Source: a phage
Sequence record: PZ154895.1
Direction: 5' to 3' (one strand)
DNA: 64,000 nucleotides
Shown here: piece after piece, positions 1 through 10,335 of the stretch
Numbering within the stretch: position 1 is the stretch's first letter
How the letters are laid out: every line of letters starts with the position of its first letter
The notes under the pieces: model-generated
What the model was told of the DNA's origin: nothing
The model's input: the letters and a program-made list of their open reading frames with translations, nothing else
The model's database searches: none
Program-made: the position numbers and the translations under genes

Positions 1-2
1 AA

Positions 3-314
3 TGGCTCAATAAGCATTCAAGTATTAAAAAGGAAATGCTTAGAATTGACGCGCAGAAAAAAGTTGCTCTTAAAGCTAAATTAGACTACTACTCGGGACG
101 AGGAGATGGTGATGAATTTAGTATGGATCGTTATGAAAAATCAGAAATGAAGACAGTTCTATCAGCTGATAAGGACGTTTTAAAAGTTGATACTTCATTA
201 CAATATTGGGGAATTTTATTGGATTTCTGTAGCGGAGCTCTTGATGCTATTAAATCACGCGGATTTGCTATTAAGCATATTCAAGACATGCGAGCATTTG
301 AGGCTGGAAAATAA
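3..314 (+). CDS. uvsY: UvsY recombination mediator, C-terminal part (5' end lies outside window)
   Basis: ORF open to window start; translation WLNKHSSIKKEMLRIDAQKKVALKAKLDYYSGRGDGDEF... matches the remembered T4 UvsY C-terminal region. Confidence 0.85.
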   Translation, partial: WLNKHSSIKKEMLRIDAQKKVALKAKLDYYSGRGDGDEFSMDRYEKSEMKTVLSADKDVLKVDTSLQYWGILLDFCSGALDAIKSRGFAIKHIQDMRAFEAGK

Positions 315-538
315 TGAAATATAGCATTGATGATGCTTTTAATTATGAAGAAGAATTTGAAACGGAAATTCAATTCTTAATGAAAAAGTATAATCTCAAG
401 CGTCAGGATATTCGTATCCTGGCCGACCACCCATGCGGTGAAGATGTACTTTATATTAAAGGAAAATTTGCCGGATATCTTGATGAATATTTTTATTCTA
501 AAGATATGGGTATTGATATGCATATGAGAGTTATATAA
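314..538 (+). CDS. hypothetical small protein (uvsY.-1 position)
   Basis: 74-aa ORF, ATGA overlap with uvsY stop; position as in T4. Confidence 0.5.
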   Translation: MKYSIDDAFNYEEEFETEIQFLMKKYNLKRQDIRILADHPCGEDVLYIKGKFAGYLDEYFYSKDMGIDMHMRVI

Positions 539-541
539 ATA
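534..541 (+). promoter_or_regulatory. late promoter motif TATAAATA
   Basis: exact T4 late -10 consensus about 25 nt upstream of the 567 ORF. Confidence 0.5.
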
Positions 542-566
542 GATATATAATTTAGAGGAGACAATC

Positions 567-734
567 ATGTCAGATAAGATTTGTGTTGTCTGTAAAACTC
601 CAATCGATTCTGCATTGGTTGTTGAAACAGACAAAGGTCCTGTACATCCTGGGCCTTGTTATAATTACATTAAAGAACTACCAGTTTCAGAAAGTTCGGA
701 AGAACAATTAAATGAAACACAACTTTTGCTATAG
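567..734 (+). CDS. hypothetical small Cys-containing protein (uvsY.-2 position)
   Basis: 55-aa ORF MSDKICVVCKTP..., preceded by GAGGAG SD and a TATAAATA late-promoter motif; below the ORF-track size cutoff. Confidence 0.4.
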   Translation: MSDKICVVCKTPIDSALVVETDKGPVHPGPCYNYIKELPVSESSEEQLNETQLLL

Positions 735-789
735 TGTGACCTTTAGTCTATAGTTTTGGCCCTTCCTTTTTGGTTGGGCCTTTTTTAAT

Positions 790-1032
790 TTAAAAGCTTT
801 CTTCTACTTCATCGTCTGAATCTTCTAATTCAGCTCTTTTTCCTGCCAAAGCATCTCTCACAGAGATGTCATCAGTATCTTTTAATTCAGTTTCTTTAAC
901 TCTTTTCTTATAATAAGCTTCAAGTTCTTCTAGACCTTCTAATGTTTGGCAAGAGGCAATTTTACCCATAAATTCATCAATAGAAGCTTCATAAAGAAAT
1001 TGTTTAAATTCTAGTAACATCTTTTTCTCCAA
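790..1032 (-). CDS. uvsW.1: UvsW.1 small protein
   Basis: 80-aa ORF immediately downstream of uvsW on the same strand, acidic C-terminus; T4 synteny. Confidence 0.65.
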   Translation of the reverse strand: MEKKMLLEFKQFLYEASIDEFMGKIASCQTLEGLEELEAYYKKRVKETELKDTDDISVRDALAGKRAELEDSDDEVEESF

Positions 1033-1045
1033 AGGGCCGAAGCCC

Positions 1046-2554
1046 TTATAAATTAACTGTTTTCATTACGTAATTAAATTTTTCATCTGCGTAGCGTTGA
1101 ATACGATCAATGCCGTGTTTTAAAAGATAGTTCAAATGAACGTATTTCTTTTTCGTATTAGCAGATTTTGGCTTAACACCGCAATCATCTATGAGGTCCC
1201 AGACCGTTGCGATTGTTTTAGAACCATGCTTACGTAATACGCGACCTATTGTTTGCAATACAATAATTTTAGATTTAACACCGTGCGCTAAAACAACGTG
1301 ATGCAGATTTTTAACTGAAATACCAGTAGAAAATACACCATAACTAGCTACTATAATTATTCCTTTACCGTTTTCAGCTAAGGTTTTCATTATATTGCGG
1401 GTTTCAGTATCAACTTCCCCTGATACGTAATAAACTTTATCGTATTCATTTTTAATTAAATCGAAAATAGCTTTACCGTGCGATACGTGTTTAAACATGA
1501 CAAAAGCGTTTTCATCTTTTTGTGCAAGTTTAATAGCTAATTTAGCGATCCATTTATTTCTTTTACTGAGCCCAGTAATAATTTTTATTTCTTCTTGGTA
1601 AGTTTTTCCCTTTAATTTAGTAGTGAACTCATCAGGATAGCGAAGAAAAATACTATTAATTTTTAACTCAGTTACTTGTCCATCTTCCATTAATTTAGAA
1701 GTCGTTACTGGCTTAAATATTTCACCAAACATTCCAACATACTGCATGATATTGGCTTTGCCATCACGTAATGAACCGGACAAACCGAATTTGAACATGC
1801 AGTTATTTAAACCTGATATGATAGATGAAATACTTTTTCCTGTAGCAAGATGGCATTCATCATTCATCATCATTCCAAACTGTGAGAACCATTCTTTTGG
1901 TTGTTTTACTACAGTTTGCCATGTACCAACAACGACTGGCGCATCATTTTTATATTTATCATCTTTTGATGCTCCACCGCCAATTTTCTTTATCATTGCA
2001 TGACTGAATAAACGATAGTCAACAAAGTCATCAGCCATCTGAGTTGTCAGAGCAGTTGTTGGAACAATGATAAGAATTTTACCTTCATAATTTTCCAAAT
2101 AATATCGAGCAAGCAAAGCTTGAATTAAAGATTTACCTGCGGATGTTGGAAGATTAAGAATTCTACGACGATTAACTAATCCTTCGAACACTGCATCTTT
2201 TTGATACCAGTGCGGTTCAATTCTTTTATTTCCTGAATAGATTTCTAATTTAGAAAGCCATTCATCAAAATCTTTTCTTGATAATTCTTCTTTTTCGTTA
2301 ATCTGTGGGTCAATCCAGGCTTTATAGCCAAAGTTATCACAGAACTTTTTAATTTGCCCGACTAAGCCGAATGGAAGAAGGCGATTATAATCTAAAAGAC
2401 GGATTCGTCCATCCCAGTTGCCATATCTGAAGCGAGGATTAAACCTATATCCATCGGCCTCAAACGAAAAGAAATCTCTTAATTCGTGGAACGTGCTCTC
2501 TTCACAATCGATGCGTACATGACTGAAGTCGTGAAAATGTACTTTAATATCCAT
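1046..2554 (-). CDS. uvsW: UvsW RNA-DNA and DNA-DNA helicase (SF2)
   Basis: 502 aa; helicase motifs (NLPTSAGKS Walker A, DECH box); size and position as T4 uvsW. Confidence 0.9.
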   Translation of the reverse strand: MDIKVHFHDFSHVRIDCEESTFHELRDFFSFEADGYRFNPRFRYGNWDGRIRLLDYNRLLPFGLVGQIKKFCDNFGYKAWIDPQINEKEELSRKDFDEWLSKLEIYSGNKRIEPHWYQKDAVFEGLVNRRRILNLPTSAGKSLIQALLARYYLENYEGKILIIVPTTALTTQMADDFVDYRLFSHAMIKKIGGGASKDDKYKNDAPVVVGTWQTVVKQPKEWFSQFGMMMNDECHLATGKSISSIISGLNNCMFKFGLSGSLRDGKANIMQYVGMFGEIFKPVTTSKLMEDGQVTELKINSIFLRYPDEFTTKLKGKTYQEEIKIITGLSKRNKWIAKLAIKLAQKDENAFVMFKHVSHGKAIFDLIKNEYDKVYYVSGEVDTETRNIMKTLAENGKGIIIVASYGVFSTGISVKNLHHVVLAHGVKSKIIVLQTIGRVLRKHGSKTIATVWDLIDDCGVKPKSANTKKKYVHLNYLLKHGIDRIQRYADEKFNYVMKTVNL

Positions 2555-2556
2555 AA

Positions 2557-3174
2557 TTATGCCTTACTAAATTTGCCTTTAGAGTCTCTTTTCATGAGAC
2601 GACCTTTAATAAATCCGTCGGGAATAATACCGTCTGGTTGTATTAATTTATTTATTGCTCCATTATTGACCCAAAAAGTTCCTGTGGTAGTCGGTTTGAC
2701 TTTACATCCTTTTCTGGACTTTCTATTAAAATGAACCATCCCTTTTACAAATCCTTCTGGAACAAGTTCTCCAGGTTTAATAAAAATATTTTTAGTTCCA
2801 TTAGTGTAACAAGTTGTACCTAATACCGTGCCCGGTGAGTTTTCAAATCTCTTAGCGGAAGATTCTTTCATCTTTGCTATAACCTCTGCAGTCATAACAA
2901 TTCCACCAATTCCACCAGGTTTCATATTATAATAATTTTTGCTTTTTATTAGTTCAGGAGTTATAATTTCTTCTTCATACATGTACGCTTCTTCGGAAGT
3001 TTTAAACTCTTTTAGTATTGTTCTAGAGAAATTCTTTTCACCATATTTCTTTATAGCCTGCTGAATTGCCTTACCGGAACCAAGGTAGCCATCATTCAAG
3101 TCATCAGTAGAGTGTTTTCCTATATACTTTTTACCATTTATTAGATTTGTCGTTTCATATACAAAGTGATACAT
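2557..3174 (-). CDS. segE: GIY-YIG homing endonuclease SegE
   Basis: 205 aa; N-terminal GIY-YIG motif (HFVYETTNLINGKKYIGKH); located between uvsW and inh as in T4. Confidence 0.8.
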   Translation of the reverse strand: MYHFVYETTNLINGKKYIGKHSTDDLNDGYLGSGKAIQQAIKKYGEKNFSRTILKEFKTSEEAYMYEEEIITPELIKSKNYYNMKPGGIGGIVMTAEVIAKMKESSAKRFENSPGTVLGTTCYTNGTKNIFIKPGELVPEGFVKGMVHFNRKSRKGCKVKPTTTGTFWVNNGAINKLIQPDGIIPDGFIKGRLMKRDSKGKFSKA

Positions 3175-3202
3175 ACTATTTTCCGAGTAATAAATATATC
3201 TA

Positions 3203-3210
3203 TATTTATA
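3203..3210 (-). promoter_or_regulatory. late promoter motif TATAAATA (minus strand), upstream of segE
   Basis: exact motif on minus strand about 30 nt upstream of segE start. Confidence 0.45.
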
Positions 3211-3223
3211 CTGAGGAAATATT

Positions 3224-3904
3224 ATGATAGATAAAGATTATATTGCAGAGCTGAAGGCTCTTGATGATAATAAAGAAGCTAAGGCTAAATTAGCTGAATA
3301 TGCTGAACAGTTTGGTATAAAGGTCAAAAAGAATAAATCTTTTGATAATATCGTTAATGATATTGAAGAAGCCCTCCAGAAGCTCGCTAGTGAACCTATG
3401 CCAGAGACTGATGGGTTATCTATTAAAGACTTAATCAATGCTGCTGATGCTGCAGAGGGATTAAAATATGACGATGAAGAAGTCAATCCAGAGGCAGCAC
3501 TTCTGATTGATTCTCCGGTTAAATCTGATATTAAAATTGAAGTAGTCGAAACGGATAAAATTCCTGAAAATACCGATGTTTTGATTGAAGATACTCCTTT
3601 TGTTGAAGAAAAATTCGAACAGGCTGTAGCTGAGATTATTGAATCTGAAAAGCCGTCTGTATTTACTCTTCCGGAAAACTTTAGTCCGAATCTTCAGTTG
3701 ATTGGAAAAAATCCAGGATTCTGCACTGTTCCTTGGTGGATTTACCAGTGGATTGCTGAAACTCCGGATTGGAAATCTCACCCAACTAGTTTTGAACACG
3801 CGTCGGCACACCAAACTTTATTTAGCTTAATTTACTACATTAATCGTGACGGATCAGTTCTAATTCGTGAAACACGCAATTCTTCTTTCGTAACATTAAA
3901 ATAA
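3224..3904 (+). CDS. inh: Inh, inhibitor of prohead protease gp21
   Basis: 226 aa, size and position next to hoc as in T4. Confidence 0.7.
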   Translation: MIDKDYIAELKALDDNKEAKAKLAEYAEQFGIKVKKNKSFDNIVNDIEEALQKLASEPMPETDGLSIKDLINAADAAEGLKYDDEEVNPEAALLIDSPVKSDIKIEVVETDKIPENTDVLIEDTPFVEEKFEQAVAEIIESEKPSVFTLPENFSPNLQLIGKNPGFCTVPWWIYQWIAETPDWKSHPTSFEHASAHQTLFSLIYYINRDGSVLIRETRNSSFVTLK

Positions 3905-3913
3905 GGATAACTT

Positions 3914-5044
3914 ATGGCTTTTACAGTTGATATAACTCCTAAAACACCTACTGGAGTTATAGATCAGACTCAGCAGTTTACTGCTACACCCAGTGGTCAA
4001 ACTGGAGATGGACCTATTACATATGCTTGGACTGTAGACGATGTTCCACAGGATGGAGCTGAAGCAACTTTTAGTTATGTACTAAAAGGACCTGCCGGTC
4101 AAAAGACTATTAAAGTAGTTGCAACAAACACAGTTCCAGATACTGATGCTGAAACAGCAGAAGCTACTACAACTATCACAGTTCAAAATAAGACACAGAC
4201 AACTACCTTAGCTGTAACTCCTGATAGTCCTGCTGCTGGAGTGATTGGAACTCCTGTTGAATTTACTGCTGCTTTAGCTTCTCAACCATCAGGCGCATCT
4301 GCTACGTATCAATGGTATGTTGATGACTCTCAGGCTAGTGGGGAAACTAACTCTACATTTAGCTATACTCCAACTACAAGTGGAGTAAAAAGAATTAAAT
4401 GCGTAGCTCAAGTAACAGCGACAGATTACGATACAAAAGAAGTTACTTCTAATGAAGTATCACTGACTGTTAATAAGAAGACAATGAATCCACAGGTTAC
4501 ATTGACTCCTCCTTCTATTAACGTTCAGCAATATGCTTCGGCTACATTTACTGCTAATGTCACTGATGCCCCGGAAGAAGCGCAAATTACATATTCATGG
4601 AAGAAAGATTCTTCTCCTGTAGAAGGGTCAACTAATGTATACACCGTTGATACATCATCTATTGGAAGTCAAACTATTGAAGTTACTGCAACTGTTACCG
4701 CTACTGATTATGATAGCAAAACTATCACAGCAGAAGGTCAAGTTCAGGTAACTGATAAAGTTGCTCCAGAACCAGAAGGTGAATTACCTTATGTTCATCC
4801 TCTTCCACATCGCACTTCAGCTTATATCTGGTGTGGTTGGTGGGTTATGGATGAAATCCAAAAAATGACCGAAGAAGGTAAAGATTGGAAAACTGAAGAA
4901 CCAGATAGTAAATACTACTTACATCGTTACACTCTTCAGAAGATGATGAAAGACTATCCAGAAGTTGATGTTCAAGAATCGCGTAATGGATACATCATTC
5001 ATAAAACTGCTTTAGAAACTGGTATCATCTATACCTATCCATAA
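3914..5044 (+). CDS. hoc: Hoc, highly immunogenic outer capsid protein (Ig-like repeats)
   Basis: 376 aa; repeated Ig-like segments (TYAWTVDD, YQWYVDD, YSWKKD); size identical to T4 Hoc. Confidence 0.85.
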   Translation: MAFTVDITPKTPTGVIDQTQQFTATPSGQTGDGPITYAWTVDDVPQDGAEATFSYVLKGPAGQKTIKVVATNTVPDTDAETAEATTTITVQNKTQTTTLAVTPDSPAAGVIGTPVEFTAALASQPSGASATYQWYVDDSQASGETNSTFSYTPTTSGVKRIKCVAQVTATDYDTKEVTSNEVSLTVNKKTMNPQVTLTPPSINVQQYASATFTANVTDAPEEAQITYSWKKDSSPVEGSTNVYTVDTSSIGSQTIEVTATVTATDYDSKTITAEGQVQVTDKVAPEPEGELPYVHPLPHRTSAYIWCGWWVMDEIQKMTEEGKDWKTEEPDSKYYLHRYTLQKMMKDYPEVDVQESRNGYIIHKTALETGIIYTYP

Positions 5045-5048
5045 TCTC

Positions 5049-5070
5049 AGGGGCTTCGGCCCCTTTCTTC
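5049..5070 (+). terminator. intrinsic terminator after hoc
   Basis: GC hairpin aggggcttcggcccct followed by T-run. Confidence 0.7.
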
Positions 5071-5132
5071 ATTTTGAAAGCACACAAAACATAGTCAGAA
5101 AACGATGTATATAATGGCACCAACTCGATAAC

Positions 5133-5348
5133 ATGAGATTGATTATGAGAACTGAGGTTGTGGTGTTTACACTCCATGAGTCTGGAAAGTCATTCATTGA
5201 AATTGCTCGTGAATTGAACTTACAGGCGAAAGAAGTGGCTGTATTATGGGCTCGAGCTATGACTGCTAAGAATAAATTTGAGACTCGAGAAAAAGTTGTC
5301 TATAGAAAAAGACATATTAATAAGAAGGTGAAAAATGGAACAGTATGA
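5133..5348 (+). CDS. hypothetical small protein with helix-turn-helix-like segment
   Basis: 71-aa ORF; HESGKSFIEIARELNLQAKEV resembles an HTH; T4 24.2/24.3 position. Confidence 0.45.
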   Translation: MRLIMRTEVVVFTLHESGKSFIEIARELNLQAKEVAVLWARAMTAKNKFETREKVVYRKRHINKKVKNGTV

Positions 5349-5613
5349 TCTTTATGAAAATGAATCTTTTGCTAATCAATTACGCGAAAAAGCACTTAAA
5401 AGTAAACAGTTTAAGCTAGAGTGTTTTATTAAAGATTTTTCGGAACTTGCTAATAAAGCAGCTGAACAAGGTAAAACATATTTTAGTTATTATTGTACTG
5501 CTCGCGATAAATTGATTACTGAAGAAATTGGTGATTGGCTGAGAAAAGAAGGATTTAGCTTTAAAGTCAATAGTGATCAGCGTGATGGTGATTGGTTAGA
5601 AATTACATTTTGA
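5335..5613 (+). CDS. hypothetical protein
   Basis: 92-aa ORF overlapping previous stop; T4 24.2/24.3 position. Confidence 0.45.
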   Translation: MEQYDLYENESFANQLREKALKSKQFKLECFIKDFSELANKAAEQGKTYFSYYCTARDKLITEEIGDWLRKEGFSFKVNSDQRDGDWLEITF

Positions 5614-5622
5614 GGATTAATT

Positions 5623-6627
5623 ATGTTTAAAAAGTATAGCAGTCTTGAAAATCATTACAATTCTAAATTCATTGAAAAACTTTACAGTTTAGGATTGACT
5701 GGCGGCGAATGGGTAGCTCGTGAAAAGATTCATGGCACAAATTTCTCATTGATTATTGAGCGTGATAAAGTAACTTGTGCTAAACGAACTGGTCCTATTC
5801 TTCCTGCTGAAGATTTCTTTGGGTATGAAATTATTTTGAAGAATTATGCTGATTCCATTAAAGCAGTACAAGATATTATGGAAACTTCAGCGGTTGTATC
5901 TTATCAAGTTTTTGGCGAATTCGCTGGACCTGGCATTCAGAAGAATGTCGATTATGGTGATAAAGATTTTTATGTATTTGACATTATTGTTACTACCGAA
6001 AGTGGTGATGTAACTTATGTCGATGATTATATGATGGAATCATTCTGTAATACATTCAAATTTAAAATGGCTCCACTTTTGGGTCGTGGTAAATTTGAAG
6101 AGCTGATTAAATTGCCAAATGATTTAGATTCTGTCGTCCAGGATTATAATTTTACGGTAGACCATGCTGGATTAGTTGATGCAAATAAATGCGTTTGGAA
6201 TGCTGAAGCAAAAGGCGAAGTATTTACCGCTGAAGGATATGTATTGAAACCTTGTTATCCTTCTTGGCTGCCTAATCGCAATCGTGTAGCCATCAAATGC
6301 AAGAACTCTAAATTTAGTGAAAAGAAAAAGTCTGATAAGCCTATTAAAGCTAAAGTTGAGTTGTCAGAAGCTGATAATAAATTGCTGGGAATTTTAGCTT
6401 GTTACGTTACACTGAACCGAGTAAATAACGTTATTTCTAAAATTGGTGAAATTGGTCCAAAAGATTTTGGAAAGGTGATGGGACTAACGGTTCAAGATAT
6501 TTTGGAAGAAACTTCTCGCGAAGGTATTACTCTAACTCAAGCAGATAATCCTTCTTTGATTAAAAAGGAATTAGTTAAAATGGTACAAGATGTACTTCGT
6601 CCGGCTTGGATTGAATTGGTAAGTTAA
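5623..6627 (+). CDS. rnlB: RNA ligase 2
   Basis: 334 aa; ligase lysine-adenylation motif KIHGTN; size as T4 Rnl2. Confidence 0.9.
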   Translation: MFKKYSSLENHYNSKFIEKLYSLGLTGGEWVAREKIHGTNFSLIIERDKVTCAKRTGPILPAEDFFGYEIILKNYADSIKAVQDIMETSAVVSYQVFGEFAGPGIQKNVDYGDKDFYVFDIIVTTESGDVTYVDDYMMESFCNTFKFKMAPLLGRGKFEELIKLPNDLDSVVQDYNFTVDHAGLVDANKCVWNAEAKGEVFTAEGYVLKPCYPSWLPNRNRVAIKCKNSKFSEKKKSDKPIKAKVELSEADNKLLGILACYVTLNRVNNVISKIGEIGPKDFGKVMGLTVQDILEETSREGITLTQADNPSLIKKELVKMVQDVLRPAWIELVS

Positions 6628-6633
6628 ATAAAA

Positions 6634-6651
6634 AGGGACCTTTTGGTCCCT
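6634..6651. terminator. bidirectional intrinsic terminator between rnlB and gene 24
   Basis: hairpin agggacc-tttt-ggtccct flanked by A-run and T-run, between convergent genes. Confidence 0.7.
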
Positions 6652-6656
6652 TTGTT

Positions 6657-7940
6657 TTATTCATCAACGATAATTTTTGGTAATTTAACACCTAATAAAA
6701 CAGACAAATCTGAACGACCCGCCATTTTATCCATGTCTCCACCATCAATTATTCTTGCTTCTTTTTCATCTTTTGCTACAGTGTAAGGATTTGCAGATAA
6801 AGCATATCTAACCAATAAACCGATAGATGGTTGTAAGCTTTCTGGATCAACTACAACTTTAAATGCACCTACATGTTCAGGGTCATCTAAGTCAAGACCT
6901 TCTGTATACGGAGCATAGAAAATTGATCCGACAATTTCTTTTTCACCAATATTTTCTACTACGCCAACGATTACATAATCTAATGGGCTGTTAGTATCGC
7001 AATAAAGCGGTAAACCATTAGCTAAGAACCCATAGGCATTTTGTGAAAGATATTTATCATCTTCTGGTTTATGTTTTAACCAACCTGATGCAGCAAGAAT
7101 CGCAGCGGCACGAGCTGAAGCAACACAGAACGTTGCTGTATAAGTTGATTCTTTTTGGATATGTGAAACCATTTCACATACCATTCGGTATAATGAACGA
7201 CCAGCTTCAGGTGCAGATGCATAACTCAAATCAATGAATCCAGTATCAGTAATTCCTGTAACTTTATAGCGTTTTGATACTGTAATCAAAGATTGCAGAA
7301 TATCTTTATTGATTTCATCCGCCATTTCAGTTGCAAGCAAATCTTCCAAGAAATTAGGAGCATCGAATCCATTTGCTTCTAAATCTTGTGCTAATTCAAC
7401 TGTAATGCCAGTTTTAAGTTTACGAGATTTAACTGCGGTTTGCCATTTATTAATCTGGAATCTAGCATCAGCAATTTCGCTATCAGAGCTTTCAAATTTG
7501 CTCGTTGACGCTGCATCAGAAAATAGACGAACCTTTAAAAGAACAATTGCAATCTGAAGAGCTAATTCTAAATCGCTTTCTTCAATGGTAGCAAATGGTG
7601 TATCTTCTAATACTTTATAAACGATATTATTATATTTGAATAAATCGCCTTTATTGAGAGTTAATTTAGACTCTTCTGTTAATTCTGTGATTTGTTCTCG
7701 GTCTACATACCCAGCTTCGCCAGCGTAAGTAGCACCAGTTTTAAACGTAAATTCGTTATCTGGGTTAAGGTATTTGATACCATAAAAAGCAGCAACAGGT
7801 TGATTAGTTCTTTGCGTTGCTACAATGTCAGAATATATTAATTTAGTGGTAGCGCGAGTCAAAGCAACGAGATTTGGGCGACCGATTGAGTTGCTATTCG
7901 TTGTGGTTGATTCGCGCAGAAGTTCGTTGATTTTAGCCAT
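6657..7940 (-). CDS. 24: gp24 head vertex protein
   Basis: 427 aa; gp23-like fold, size and position as T4 gp24. Confidence 0.9.
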   Translation of the reverse strand: MAKINELLRESTTTNSNSIGRPNLVALTRATTKLIYSDIVATQRTNQPVAAFYGIKYLNPDNEFTFKTGATYAGEAGYVDREQITELTEESKLTLNKGDLFKYNNIVYKVLEDTPFATIEESDLELALQIAIVLLKVRLFSDAASTSKFESSDSEIADARFQINKWQTAVKSRKLKTGITVELAQDLEANGFDAPNFLEDLLATEMADEINKDILQSLITVSKRYKVTGITDTGFIDLSYASAPEAGRSLYRMVCEMVSHIQKESTYTATFCVASARAAAILAASGWLKHKPEDDKYLSQNAYGFLANGLPLYCDTNSPLDYVIVGVVENIGEKEIVGSIFYAPYTEGLDLDDPEHVGAFKVVVDPESLQPSIGLLVRYALSANPYTVAKDEKEARIIDGGDMDKMAGRSDLSVLLGVKLPKIIVDE

Positions 7941-7967
7941 TGTATTTTCCTTGTTGAAATATAATAC

Positions 7968-7975
7968 TATTTATA
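7968..7975 (-). promoter_or_regulatory. late promoter TATAAATA for gene 24
   Basis: exact motif on minus strand upstream of gene 24 start. Confidence 0.65.
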
Positions 7976-8039
7976 AAGTTATTTACAAGACCAAAGTAAT
8001 ATGATATTATATTCATATACAAATGGAGTGGTGGTTAAA

Positions 8040-8702
8040 ATGAAATATTTAATATATCAAATTACTAATATCATCAATGGAAAAATTTACATCGGAGCTC
8101 ATGCTACTCTTGACGAAAACGATGGTTATATGGGTTCTGGCGTAAACATCAAAAAATCCATCAAAAAATATGGTATTCATAACTTTAAAAAAGAAATTCT
8201 TTATTCTTTCTCCTCATCTGAGGAGATGTATAAAATGGAAGCTTTACTAGTCAATGAGGAATTCGTTATGAGAACTGATACTTATAATGCTGCTATTGGT
8301 GGTAGAGGAAATCCAGTTATAGTTCATTTGCAAGATCCTTCATATCGTAATATGTTATCAATGCGAACAAAAGAAGGAATGACTGTGGAAGCTAAACGAA
8401 AAATATCAAAGGCAAAAACAGGCGTTAAGCAATCTGATGAAACTATCGCGAAGCGAGTTAAAGGGCGCAATGAATATTATAAAACACATGTTCATCCACG
8501 AAAAAATAAACCTATATCGATTTCACATCGTAAAGCTATTTCTGAAAAACTTAGCGGTATTAAAAAATTTATTCCAATATGTATAAAGGGTGTCAAATTT
8601 GATAATCCTGATTACGCAGCGGAGCATTTTAAAGTTAGTCCTAAAACTATTCGCAATTGGATAAATGCGGATGATATGCCTGATTGCTATCGTATAAAAT
8701 AG
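8040..8702 (+). CDS. segD: GIY-YIG homing endonuclease SegD
   Basis: GIY-YIG motif (KYLIYQITNIINGKIYIGAH); between genes 23 and 24 as in T4; start chosen at MKYLIY with GGAG SD. Confidence 0.8.
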   Translation: MKYLIYQITNIINGKIYIGAHATLDENDGYMGSGVNIKKSIKKYGIHNFKKEILYSFSSSEEMYKMEALLVNEEFVMRTDTYNAAIGGRGNPVIVHLQDPSYRNMLSMRTKEGMTVEAKRKISKAKTGVKQSDETIAKRVKGRNEYYKTHVHPRKNKPISISHRKAISEKLSGIKKFIPICIKGVKFDNPDYAAEHFKVSPKTIRNWINADDMPDCYRIK

Positions 8703-8707
8703 AAAAA

Positions 8708-8725
8708 GGGAACCCGAAGGTTCCC
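8708..8725. terminator. bidirectional intrinsic terminator between segD and gene 23
   Basis: hairpin gggaacc-cgaa-ggttccc flanked by A/T runs, between convergent genes. Confidence 0.7.
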
Positions 8726-8751
8726 TAAAATTGTGTTTCTATCGTTAGAGA

Positions 8752-10317
8752 TTAGATACCTTTAACATATACACGTCTAAAGTAAGCGTTTTTACCAAGG
8801 CTATTCAGAATAGAAGGCATACCGCTCTGGATGCGAGAAGCCGGAGCCTGAGCAGCGGATTCTGCAAATGGGTTGATACCGATACCGTAACGAGTTTTGA
8901 ATCCCATTACTGGTTGGAAGTTCTTCGGATCGGAACCACGCAGCGGAGTCAGAGCTACATATGGAGCATAGTAAATACCAGCATCCATTTCGTTCGGACC
9001 TTTATAACCTACAGTGAAATAATCCTGTTTAGCATACTGGTCGATATATACACGGTATTTACCACCCAGAACACCAGCAAATACTGACTTGGTAGTATCA
9101 GTGTTGAAGCCGGTAGCCAGACCCTGTGCAGCATAAGAAATGCCAGTATCAACTGAAGCCAGAACGTTAACTACGTTACGGGAAGCGATAATGAAGTTAC
9201 CTTCACCACGACCGGTCTGACGAGCAATTTCAACTGCTTCTTTGTCAATCTGGAACAACAGAGCTTTAAAGGATTCACCCGCCCAGCGAGCACCACGAAT
9301 ATCAATCGGATCCTGGAAGTCAAATACACCAGCTTTAGAACCTGGAGTCAGGGTCATACCAGATTTACCAACCTGAGCTGAGTAGTTAATCCAATCAACA
9401 ACTTCGCGGTTGATTTCCAACATGATTTCGGTAGCCAGAATACCAGACAGTTCAGCATCAGCATCCATACCGTGAACAGCGCGGAGGTCTTGTGCTAATT
9501 CGATAGAGTAAGCAGCTTTCAGCTGACGAGATTTAGCTTCGATAACTTGTTTATCGATACGGAAGCCCATTTCATTCCACGGGTTATCGGTAGAACCATT
9601 GAAACCTTCCTGGAGTTCAGCGATAGAAGTAGCCATACCTTCAGCGATTTCTACCAGTGCACCAGCTTCCATTTGTTTCTTAATTTCAGCATCTAATTTA
9701 GCTGCGTCAGATGCACTAGCATCGATTGTTACTTGAACAGAAGCCTGCAGATACACAGTACCAGTGTCCTGGAAGAAGTGAGTATAGATATCACCTACTG
9801 TGGTTTGTGTGCTAGCAGCCAGAGCTGTGAATTTCTTAGCAGCACCCTGACCAGAGAACATTGCATCCGGGCCATACATTGGGTGGAATGCTTCTTTAGC
9901 GCCGGCAGCAATTGGGTCTTTACCGTATACAGCACGCAGTGCGAATACCTGACCGGTCGGGCTATTCATCGGCTGAACACCGCAAATATCGAAAGCAATC
10001 AGGTTAGGAATAGCACGACGTACCATACCCATAACAGCTGGGCCAATCTGAGTTACTGCGCCAGAAGTCTGACCTGCAGCGATGTTAGTAGCATTGTAAC
10101 CGTGGTCACCACCGATTTCAGCTTCTGTTAAGAAAGAACCGAACGCCTGAGCGATTTTTTCGTCTTTGTACTCTGGAGCTGTCTGGAAATCTTTTTCCTG
10201 GTTTTCAAAGATTTTAGCGATAATCGCTTGTTTGCTATTAGCAATTTCCGGTAAACCTTCACCTTCCAGTAATGGCTTCCATTTGTTCAAAAGTTCAGCT
10301 TTAGTTTTGATAGTCAT
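8752..10317 (-). CDS. 23: gp23 major capsid protein
   Basis: 521 aa; N-terminus MTIKTKAELLNKWKPLLEGEG recognised as T4-type gp23. Confidence 0.97.
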   Translation of the reverse strand: MTIKTKAELLNKWKPLLEGEGLPEIANSKQAIIAKIFENQEKDFQTAPEYKDEKIAQAFGSFLTEAEIGGDHGYNATNIAAGQTSGAVTQIGPAVMGMVRRAIPNLIAFDICGVQPMNSPTGQVFALRAVYGKDPIAAGAKEAFHPMYGPDAMFSGQGAAKKFTALAASTQTTVGDIYTHFFQDTGTVYLQASVQVTIDASASDAAKLDAEIKKQMEAGALVEIAEGMATSIAELQEGFNGSTDNPWNEMGFRIDKQVIEAKSRQLKAAYSIELAQDLRAVHGMDADAELSGILATEIMLEINREVVDWINYSAQVGKSGMTLTPGSKAGVFDFQDPIDIRGARWAGESFKALLFQIDKEAVEIARQTGRGEGNFIIASRNVVNVLASVDTGISYAAQGLATGFNTDTTKSVFAGVLGGKYRVYIDQYAKQDYFTVGYKGPNEMDAGIYYAPYVALTPLRGSDPKNFQPVMGFKTRYGIGINPFAESAAQAPASRIQSGMPSILNSLGKNAYFRRVYVKGI

Positions 10318-10335
10318 TTGTGTTAACCTTTAAAA

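Noticed and set aside
1031-1046. GC hairpin gggccgaagccc between uvsW and uvsW.1 as a possible terminator or frameshift site
   Set aside because: Only 13 nt separate the two ORFs, there is no U-run, and both are separate genes in T4; more likely an intercistronic structure, and sequence alone cannot show readthrough
9733-10131. 132-aa plus-strand ORF inside gene 23, and similar antisense ORFs inside uvsW, 22, 18, 17, 12, 10, 7 and 6
   Set aside because: They lie entirely within well-supported structural genes on the opposite strand, lack SD sequences and promoters, and have low-complexity composition; they are antisense artefacts
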